A model generated the notes under the pieces. The model had not been told where the DNA came from. It saw only the letters and a list, made by a program, of their open reading frames with translations, and did no database searches. This document shows, in pieces, positions 19,401-25,944 of a stretch of DNA of 32,000 nucleotides (position 1 is its first letter; the number at the start of each line of letters is the position of its first letter). Position numbers and translations under genes: made by a program. The DNA is from Promethearchaeota archaeon (GTDB lineage Archaea; Asgardarchaeota; Lokiarchaeia; Sigyniarchaeales; SOKP01), in NCBI GenBank assembly GCA_030606485.1, contig JAUWGH010000002.1, positions 450,001 through 482,000 of the forward strand, in the 5' to 3' direction.

Positions 19401-21542
19401 GACGGTAGTGCGTACCTTTGGCCTTCCAACAATTGGAATAATTCTTATGCAGGTAATTATTGGAGCAACTATAGCGGCGTTGATTCTGATAATGATGGAA
19501 TTGGTGATACCCCTTATTTAATTTATGTGACTGGAGCGCCAGAAGTCTATTATGATTATAAACCCCTTATGAATCCACCAAATATAGATACAGACGGAGA
19601 TGGATTATTAAATTCAGAAGAATATGATTTAGGAAATGATGGATATCTAACAAATGTAACCAATCCAGATTCGGATTACGATGGATTAAGTGATTATGAC
19701 GAATGGATAAATCTAGCAAATCCATGGGATAATGACACAGATAATGACAGTATGCCAGATGGATGGGAAGTTTTAAATAGTTTAAATGTTATAGATGGTA
19801 ATGATAATATAACAGACGCAGATAACGATGGAATATCAAATCTTAACGAGTTTTTTTACGGGACCAATCCTCAAATGGCGGATACAGATCTGGATGGAAT
19901 GCCAGATGGATGGGAATTAGATAATTCTTTAAATTTATTTGCAAATGATGCCATGGAAGATCCTGACCTAGATACAATACTAAATTATTACGAATACTTG
20001 AATGGAACAGATCCAAGGAACAACGATACAGAATTTGATGGGATGCCTGACGGATGGGAGATTAATAACTCATTAGACCCTTTAAATAATGACGCTATGA
20101 GCGATGCGGATAACGATCAGTTGGAAAATATTTACGAATTTTTGAACGGGACAGACCCTCATAACGACGATTCTGATGGTGATACTATACTAGATGGTAT
20201 TGAGGTTGGTTTACACACAGATCCTTTAGACGGTTTCTGGTTTCCGATGCCAAATTTGAAAATTTCAAGTTTTAGTGTAAGTGATGTTTACGAGGGTCAG
20301 GCATTTATTTTAAATTTTACGATTACTAATAATGGTATCTGGAAAGCAAATGGGATTATACTTTCGATTCGATGTGAAGCGCTGAATTTAACGCTATATG
20401 AAAATATGGCTGAGCCATTTGATTTAGAAGTTAACAAGTCAAAAAATTTCCTCATAGATTGTACCTCAATATCTACAGCTGGAATTTTTGTACTAACATT
20501 GGATCTCGATCCAGGAAATTTATTAAACGAAACCTATAGTTCTCCTGATGGTTCGTATCGTTCTGATTGGACAGAGGACAATATAAAACAAATAGAAATG
20601 CAAATTATCGAGGGGGATGGAGGTATTGCAGTAGAGATGTTTATCATTGTTGTTTCTGTAGCAGGGGTTATTATTGGTATGATAGGTCTTACAATTTTAG
20701 TAAGACCAAAAATAAAAAAAATCATATATTCAAAAAACCAACGGAACAAAGCTAAAGCAGAACTCGAAGACTTCGAGTTTAAAGTTCGAAATTTTATAAG
20801 AGAACAACTGGAAGAATTCTACGGAGCAGAATGGTGGGAAAAAGGAATACCAGAATATATTAGATTAGGTGTAGAAAATAAAATAAGAACCGAACAAATT
20901 AAAGCGCCAAAAATGAAAGTTCAAAATATTAATTATCTCGACTTCAATCATTATTTTCTAATTATTAATGAAAAAGAAAATTGGGACAATATTTTTTCAG
21001 ATGTTTTTCAAGATAAAAATAAACTCGCAGAAAATTTCGAGAATTTAAGAGTATTTAAGAACAATATTTCTCAAAATGTAGCTACTTCCCAGGAAATAGA
21101 TGCGTATCTGTTTTATATTTATGGCATAACAACCTTTTTTACTAAAGGTTTTAATGTATTTCTTAGTTATTCGACATTGGATTCAGAATATTTTCAAATC
21201 TCAGAGATCGTGTCCCGCCTTGAGACTTATCCAAAAATGGATAAGATTTTCTTTTGGGAAGCAGATAGTGGAGAAAATATTGTTGAATATATGGAAAGGA
21301 TTTTAAACATTAGCAAAGTGTTTGTTATGTTTTGTTCTGAAAACTCTATAAAATCAAAAGCGGTAGAAGATGAATGGCAAGCTGCTTTTCAATTAAGAAA
21401 AAAGGGATTGATGAAAATAGTACCCGTGTATGAAGATGACCAATTTATCCCTAAATTATTAATGCCACTTTTAAATGTGAAATTTTCTAAAGACGATTTT
21501 GATGGGTTTATCGACAAACTCTATGAAGAAATATTAAGGTAA
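16473..21542 (+). CDS. Single-pass surface receptor: signal anchor - NosD/right-handed beta-helix - DxDxDG Ca-binding repeats - CARDB - TM - Swt1-like HEPN (degenerate) - TIR domain
   Basis: Basic plus hydrophobic N-terminus; N/I/C-rich parallel beta-helix repeats; about 10 DxDxDG repeats; PNLKI...TITNNG...LDPGNLLNET (CARDB); TM about 20628-20703 followed by RPKIKK; FEFKVRNFI...WWEKGIP...YLDF (Swt1-HEPN); C-terminal NVFLSYS...FWE.DSG...VFVMFCSENSIKSKAVEDEW...IVPV (TIR, about 21150-21542). Confidence 0.9.
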   Translation: MPDSKRKIRRKYVLSSIIIVFILFSCFYQIKNSYYYSSENYRPINTSNGHERIFIDGDATGVGAQNWTYALQQNWCTGSGTWDEPYIIENKRIDGQEIGNCIEIRDSIAYFQIKNCTLYNSSITTSGIQLTYVDNGIILSNNCSFNNGNGIDIFMCDNNTVINNTVSNNTLSGINLTTFSHDNNITGNLVKNNLKDGIKIGKELFSNCNDNILSNNSVISNDGNGISILSDYNDLLNNSVLYNKLNGIFLNQSRYGNIWKNNCSYNYDSGILIDRGDYNNISGNEISYNYKGIDISGLWFWEECLDNEISNNNIHNNRGGGIEQDYCKNTIISNNNFTNNKLYGGYNNNNTKIYKNTFENSGIYSHDSNYSVIYDNKINASDDYCININRAYYSNITGNTIYNGGIYYGGIRINECNSSILSNNTLDLNTKKGIYIYLSNHTTLTQNKMYNCGIKFEDSLESASTSNIDASNTINGNPVYFYYNKSNLKPINFTDAGQVIAIYCNDSILSNFNISSILSGISMHFCKNISISEVNISENDYGIYLSQCINITMNNITLSDNEYGIYLPNSNNTVISTITSLFNEYGIICYRNHNITINECNINYSEYGIISSACNNINLTGNTIVNCDYGIYTTSNRNVTLCSNRLFNCGVILNDVISNFLTYKINTSNKVNNKPLYFYTNKLGLKPFNFSNAGQIILVNCNNSRISDVKMSNCSRGVSLLSCKNISIYNVTSINNIDRGFYLGGGFNNTVQKCNFSYNLIGLYLGNTHNNTILETNTSHNTQVGIYISGSRNITLIGNRLSYDLVGIKLDNSYDCNLTDNNMKNCGIEIKESIDWETYSTNSIDTTNKVNGKDVYYYFNKTNLNSNDFINAGQVILVKCNDSLINNLNITNISNGIYMYYCNNHIISNCQITNNNYGIYLYFGNNFLLTGNTINRNFVGLSLISNNSTITQCDFIENNHSISGEGSNNLIYNNYIDGSAYLWPSNNWNNSYAGNYWSNYSGVDSDNDGIGDTPYLIYVTGAPEVYYDYKPLMNPPNIDTDGDGLLNSEEYDLGNDGYLTNVTNPDSDYDGLSDYDEWINLANPWDNDTDNDSMPDGWEVLNSLNVIDGNDNITDADNDGISNLNEFFYGTNPQMADTDLDGMPDGWELDNSLNLFANDAMEDPDLDTILNYYEYLNGTDPRNNDTEFDGMPDGWEINNSLDPLNNDAMSDADNDQLENIYEFLNGTDPHNDDSDGDTILDGIEVGLHTDPLDGFWFPMPNLKISSFSVSDVYEGQAFILNFTITNNGIWKANGIILSIRCEALNLTLYENMAEPFDLEVNKSKNFLIDCTSISTAGIFVLTLDLDPGNLLNETYSSPDGSYRSDWTEDNIKQIEMQIIEGDGGIAVEMFIIVVSVAGVIIGMIGLTILVRPKIKKIIYSKNQRNKAKAELEDFEFKVRNFIREQLEEFYGAEWWEKGIPEYIRLGVENKIRTEQIKAPKMKVQNINYLDFNHYFLIINEKENWDNIFSDVFQDKNKLAENFENLRVFKNNISQNVATSQEIDAYLFYIYGITTFFTKGFNVFLSYSTLDSEYFQISEIVSRLETYPKMDKIFFWEADSGENIVEYMERILNISKVFVMFCSENSIKSKAVEDEWQAAFQLRKKGLMKIVPVYEDDQFIPKLLMPLLNVKFSKDDFDGFIDKLYEEILR
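17823..19150 (+). repeat. Three tandem internal beta-helix super-repeats in the receptor ectodomain
   Basis: NCG....SN.(I/V)N.K..Y(F/Y)Y.NK..L....F..AGQ.I...CN.S units start at 17823, 18414 and 18945 (aa 451, 648, 825). Confidence 0.8.
19482..20230 (+). repeat. About 10 DxDxDG acidic calcium-binding (thrombospondin type 3-like) repeats
   Basis: DSDNDG, DTDGDG, DSDYDG, DTDNDS, DADNDG, DTDLDG, DPDLDT, DTEFDG, DADNDQ, DSDGDT, several alternating with MPDGWE and GT.P motifs. Confidence 0.85.
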
Positions 21543-21700
21543 AAATTTACAGTATTCTATTACAATACTTTTTGCTTCATTGGATTTTTATTTTATCCAA
21601 AATATGTAAGATTTTTATAATAAATCGACCAATATTTTCATAAATAAATAAAGCGATTTCAATAGGATTTATATTAAGAAATCAAATGGGTATTTTACAA

Positions 21701-21960
21701 TTGGAAATTAAGAAACTGATTTAAAAATGTTAAAAAATTAATAGATTATTATGAAGATGATTGGTGGGATAATGGGATTCGTAATTTGGAAAGTAGACAG
21801 TGGTGAAAGTGTTGTTAAATTGATGAAGGAAGCTTTAACCATAAGTTATGTGTTTATACTTTTTTGTTCAGAAAATTCAAAAAAGTCTGAGGCTGTAAAA
21901 GGTGAATGACAAGCAGTTTTTGATTATGGAGGAAATGGATAATTTTCCTATTTTACTGCC
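21701..21960 (+). pseudogene. Decayed HEPN-TIR paralog, N-terminal part of TIR
   Basis: 21772-21942 reads MGFVIWKVDSGESVVKLMKEALTISYVFILFCSENSKKSEAVKGE*QAVF, against FFWEADSGENIVEYMERILNISKVFVMFCSENSIKSKAVEDEWQAAF in the intact TIR (TGA at 21907 replaces Trp). An upstream shifted frame reads DYYEDDWWDNGI, like EFYGAEWWEKGI of the HEPN. Confidence 0.85.
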
Positions 21961-21965
21961 ATTTT

Positions 21966-24482
21966 TTAAATATTCTCAAAGAATTTTAAAATTTCTTGCC
22001 CAAAAACTCTAGACATGATTTCCGCCATTCTTTTTTCATTTCTATAACTTCTAACTTGTTGAAGATTTTTAAAATCATCCATTAATTCTTCTTCACATAT
22101 TTTAGTATAATCTTCTATTTTTTTTGTTAAAGATTTTGAAGGTTTTTCAAAAAGAAAAAAGAATATTCTAAAATCTTCTGTTCTAAAAGGAGTCATCGTT
22201 ATAGCACCTCCTTCAGCGGATAGGATAGGAATCTCTCCAAATCCAATTTCACTAGCAAAACTTTGAATTGCTGATAAAAGACCAGACATTAAATCACCTG
22301 GTTGAGATATATCTGAGAAATCCTTTTCATAGATACTTGCTCCATAAATATGTTGAATTAAAAGTTTTCGAAGATTTTCGATATCAGGATCAGTAGTAAA
22401 TGGTTTTGTAAGAAACTCATGGATTTCTTCTGAAGTATTATTGATTACTTTAAATAGTCTTTTAGGTTTTTCAAGATGCTTAATGTTATTCTTTTCTAAC
22501 CAATTTTTATCATTAATCAATTCTGATGCTTCGCGTCCACTATTTTTTATAATAGCCACTTGTGCTCCAAAAGCAATTGCCATTCGATATTCAAGTGCAG
22601 CAATTTTTCCTCCATTAATTCCAATTAATTTTACATTACTATGATCTAATCCAGATTTTAAAATATCATACCAATATTGTAATGCTTCAAGAATACTAAA
22701 ATCTGTTCCTATTGTTGAGTGAATCTTTTTATAACGTTCGTCAATCTTGATATCATAAGGTAGTAGATGTGGAATGTATCCAATAGTTTTTATAGTTTCG
22801 GGATATTTTTCTTGAATATCACCAACAATTCTACAAATTCCTGATTTAGTACCTCCAGATATAATTGTTCCTTTAAAATCACAAAACCCATCAGTAAGAG
22901 TATTTTTGTAGTTTTGGAGCAGTTTTTCTAATCTTGCATCAGTCCCACCTGCTATAATTACAATGGGTTCTTTAAGATCATTTTCTTTTATTTCCATACA
23001 ATTATCCAATTTCTTTAGAGCATCACTGTACATTTTTTGATTGTATGAGAGATTTTTATTAGGATGAAACAGTATCCCTAATAATAATAAACTTCTGATT
23101 AATTCAATCCCAGGCATTTGGTTATGAATATTTTTAAGTTCATCTAAAGTATTTAGAGTTGTATCAATCATCCACATATTCTGACTATGATTTATTCCAT
23201 TTAAGTAATAAATAAGACTGTCGTCTAACTTACCAAGAAAAAACGAAAAAAGTCCCATATCAAAAAATGCCCAAGGTATCTCAACTTTAACTTCTATTTG
23301 ATTTAATCTTCTTTCAATACCTTTTTGAATCAATTCTTTATTATATTTAATATGTTTTAAATTTCCAGTTTTCTGAATTTTCATTATTAGGTAATTTAAT
23401 AAAGGATATGGATGCGAAGGATCAGCCTTTAAAGCTTTTTTGTAATATTTATATGCTTTTTCATAATCTTTAAGAATTTTATAAGATCCACCTAAGGAAG
23501 CAAAAGCATCTGAATCCATTGGATTTTTTTCAACTGCTGTTTTCAAATATGATTGCCCCTCTACATATCTTGAACTTCTTGGATTATTTTTATTTTTTTT
23601 ATATAATGCTATTCCAAGATCTCGTAAAACGGACGCTTGTTTTAAATCAGGATACTTTTTCCATTCATCTATTTTTAAAATATTTTCAATAATCACTATA
23701 GTTTTATCCCATTCATTAATTGCCATTGCTAACTTAGCGATTTTATGAGCAATATCGAAATCGTTTTTATTCGCAGAATATACTAATTCTAATTTTTTTA
23801 TCTCATCTTTAATTCTTTCATTGGACATGTAAGCTCCATAGCTAGATTCGTAATCACGCATTTTCTTTATTAGAGTATTTAAGGATATATCAGCAGTCTC
23901 TAAAAGCGCTTTTATTCGATTAAATTCTCGAATATATGGTTTAGGGATTTTAAATTCAGTTTTATAAAGACTTCCATATTTATTTACTTCCCAGCCATGT
24001 TGCAAGAAAGTACGTATTTGAATTTCTGCTTTTAAACCAAAAATTTCGTCGGGAACATGTAATTCTAATCTCTTATAGAGATCTGATTTGGGATTGAGTT
24101 CTACAATAAAATTTTTCAGTAATTCTTGAAGTTCTAATTTATCGGTTTTACTTTTTTCATTTTCTTCAATTATAATAAAATGTTTTTGCATTAACTTGCT
24201 GACAGTATTTAATTCGTCCAAATTGGGTAATATTATTTTTAATCCAATTAAATCATTCATTTCTTCAGTTACATTTGAATTATTTATATTTGAATTAAAA
24301 ATTTCATCAATAAAACCATAAATAGTCTTTGTCTTTCCCTCAATCATGAATTCAGAAGAATAACTTCCAATAATATGAGTCAGAATTTTTTCTAATATTT
24401 CACAATATTGTTCATAAAGAGGAAGTGAGTAACAGTAAGAATTTATTTGACTTTTGATAAAATTAAGCGTTTTTTCATCCAT
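21966..24482 (-). CDS. Multidomain protein: RelA/SpoT-like nucleotidyltransferase (degenerate) - TPR - SLOG - longin-like domain
   Basis: DLIGLKII and AEIQIRTFLQHGWE (RelA/SpoT); TPRs (DAFASLGGSYK...KAYKYYKKAL); IIAGGT, IISGGTKSGI...VG, TIGYIP, GINGG..AALE...A, SGR (SLOG, aa about 504-690); IQHIYGASIYEKDF...DLMSGLLSAIQSFASEI (longin-like, aa about 703-838). Confidence 0.8.
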   Translation of the reverse strand: MDEKTLNFIKSQINSYCYSLPLYEQYCEILEKILTHIIGSYSSEFMIEGKTKTIYGFIDEIFNSNINNSNVTEEMNDLIGLKIILPNLDELNTVSKLMQKHFIIIEENEKSKTDKLELQELLKNFIVELNPKSDLYKRLELHVPDEIFGLKAEIQIRTFLQHGWEVNKYGSLYKTEFKIPKPYIREFNRIKALLETADISLNTLIKKMRDYESSYGAYMSNERIKDEIKKLELVYSANKNDFDIAHKIAKLAMAINEWDKTIVIIENILKIDEWKKYPDLKQASVLRDLGIALYKKNKNNPRSSRYVEGQSYLKTAVEKNPMDSDAFASLGGSYKILKDYEKAYKYYKKALKADPSHPYPLLNYLIMKIQKTGNLKHIKYNKELIQKGIERRLNQIEVKVEIPWAFFDMGLFSFFLGKLDDSLIYYLNGINHSQNMWMIDTTLNTLDELKNIHNQMPGIELIRSLLLLGILFHPNKNLSYNQKMYSDALKKLDNCMEIKENDLKEPIVIIAGGTDARLEKLLQNYKNTLTDGFCDFKGTIISGGTKSGICRIVGDIQEKYPETIKTIGYIPHLLPYDIKIDERYKKIHSTIGTDFSILEALQYWYDILKSGLDHSNVKLIGINGGKIAALEYRMAIAFGAQVAIIKNSGREASELINDKNWLEKNNIKHLEKPKRLFKVINNTSEEIHEFLTKPFTTDPDIENLRKLLIQHIYGASIYEKDFSDISQPGDLMSGLLSAIQSFASEIGFGEIPILSAEGGAITMTPFRTEDFRIFFFLFEKPSKSLTKKIEDYTKICEEELMDDFKNLQQVRSYRNEKRMAEIMSRVFGQEILKFFENI

Positions 24483-24888
24483 AAAATTCTCATCTTTTAG
24501 AATAAAATTTTTTAAATTTTAATTGAATCTCCTTTTTAATAAATCTTTAAGATATTATAAATTTCTTACAATATAATTGAGAATGACTAATTATTAAATC
24601 TTTTCTTCAAATGAAATCATGTAAATAACGCACTCTTAAGTATATATTTATGATATCCAAATAATACATGTTTATGTTCTTTTTCTCCACATTTTTTCAG
24701 AAACTCGTAAACACGTTTAAGTTATGTTGAAAATATAAATAGCAAGAAATTTGATATCTTAAATATTTTATAATTTCAGAAAGGAAATAAATTCTTAATC
24801 AACTCTTTTTTGGCAGAAATTTTTAAATGCCTACAATAAGTTGTAAATCCAATTTTTTTAGTGATTAAAAAGGATAAGAAGACCGAAA

Positions 24889-24915
24889 TAAAAAAAAATT
24901 AAAAAAAAAAGTAAA
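24889..24915 (-). terminator. Oligo-U tract, possible archaeal intrinsic terminator
   Basis: Minus strand reads ...ACTTTTTTTTTTTAATTTTTTTTATTT about 55 nt after the TIR-remnant stop (24968) and about 215 nt after the GTPase stop; weak evidence in an AT-rich genome. Confidence 0.3.
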
Positions 24916-24967
24916 AGTTAAAAGCTCGAACTTTCAAGTCACCGTTTTAGTAAATTTCTTTAGCATT

Positions 24968-25060
24968 CTACCATAGAAATTCCTTATAGAGTTTCTTAAT
25001 AAACCAATCGAAATCATCTATAGTAAACTCAACATTTAAAAGCGGCCAGAAAAAAAACTC
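24968..25060 (-). pseudogene. Decayed TIR paralog, C-terminal end
   Basis: Minus strand reads EFFFWPLLNVEFTIDDFDWFIKKLYKEFLW* (TAG at 24968-24970), against MPLLNVKFSKDDFDGFIDKLYEEILR* at the end of the intact TIR; no start codon and an upstream in-frame stop. Confidence 0.85.
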
Positions 25061-25129
25061 TTAGAACTAAAGAATGAATAAATGTTATTATTGATTGCAA
25101 TACGGTTGTTTTTATTATTATGGTTATTA

Positions 25130-25690
25130 TTATTGTGAGATTGAACGAGACTTATTAAATTTATTATATAACTCTTTAATAATTGCATGGAATCCTTGGG
25201 AAACTCGAGTCCCTGTTAATGCTGATGTTCTGTAATATCCAAGAAAGTTTCGCTTTTTTACTATTTTCAGAACCTTATTATCGTTTAAATTTTTCTCATC
25301 AACTAAATCAACTTTATTGCCAAATAATACGGTAGGTATATTGCCACAATAATTTTTAATATTATCATGCCAATTCGTAATATGTTTAAAACTTTCTTGA
25401 CCAAGATCATTTTCTTCAAGAGAATATACGATAATAGCAGCTTTACTCTCTTTATAGAAAGAGGGGCGTAAAAAATTAAAATCATCTTGTCCGGCTATAT
25501 CCCAAAATAAAAGTTTGAAATAATTGCCATCTATTTCCTCTTCATAGCTAAAAAATTGCGCTCCTATGGTTTTAATATATTCCTTTTGAAACCTACCTTT
25601 TGTAAATTTAGTAATTAATGATGTTTTTCCTACTGCTCCGTCTCCTACAACTGATATTTTAAATGTAAATTTATCGCCGCCTTTATTCAT
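25130..25690 (-). CDS. Rab-like small GTPase (Ras superfamily; eukaryotic signature protein)
   Basis: G1 GDGAVGKTS, G2 YIKTIG, G3 WDIAGQ, G4 NKVD, G5 TSAL; no C-terminal Cys prenylation motif. Confidence 0.92.
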   Translation of the reverse strand: MNKGGDKFTFKISVVGDGAVGKTSLITKFTKGRFQKEYIKTIGAQFFSYEEEIDGNYFKLLFWDIAGQDDFNFLRPSFYKESKAAIIVYSLEENDLGQESFKHITNWHDNIKNYCGNIPTVLFGNKVDLVDEKNLNDNKVLKIVKKRNFLGYYRTSALTGTRVSQGFHAIIKELYNKFNKSRSISQ

Positions 25691-25712
25691 TAAATTGCAC
25701 TTTAAAAATTTT

Positions 25713-25720
25713 TTTATATA
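25713..25720 (-). promoter_or_regulatory. Possible archaeal TATA box for the Rab-like GTPase (leaderless transcript)
   Basis: TATATAAA on the minus strand 23-30 nt upstream of the ATG at 25690; the spacing fits, but the background is AT-rich. Confidence 0.3.
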
Positions 25721-25944
25721 ATATTTTGGTTATTTGTAAATAATTTAATTTTTTCTAAATTTAAATTTGTTTCTTACATTGTTAACAAAAAATACAAAAC
25801 AAAACTAAAAAATCATCAAAAACATAAGAAATCCATGAGTATAGAAGTTAAAAATCAGAATTAAATAATTTTCAATAATAAAAGGACGAAAAAATTAAAT
25901 GCTATAGAAATTGATATAGGTATAAAGCTTAAAGTGTTGATTTA

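Noticed and set aside
19482-20230. Periodic DNA repeats that might be a CRISPR array
   Set aside because: They are degenerate in-frame coding repeats (DxDxDG) inside the receptor ORF, not identical repeats with unique spacers; no cas genes in the window.
21907-21909. In-frame TGA at a conserved Trp position of the TIR remnant, suggesting TGA=Trp recoding or readthrough
   Set aside because: TGA is used as a genuine stop by intact genes here (ATPase ending 6555, methyltransferase ending 8822), and the remnant also has frameshifts and truncation, so it is a nonsense mutation.
24600-24725. Stop-to-stop minus-strand frame (KRVYEFLKKCGEKEHKHVLFGYHKYILKSALFT) between the SLOG gene and the TIR remnant
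   Set aside because: About 35 codons, no start codon and no recognisable similarity; cannot be supported as a gene or pseudogene.
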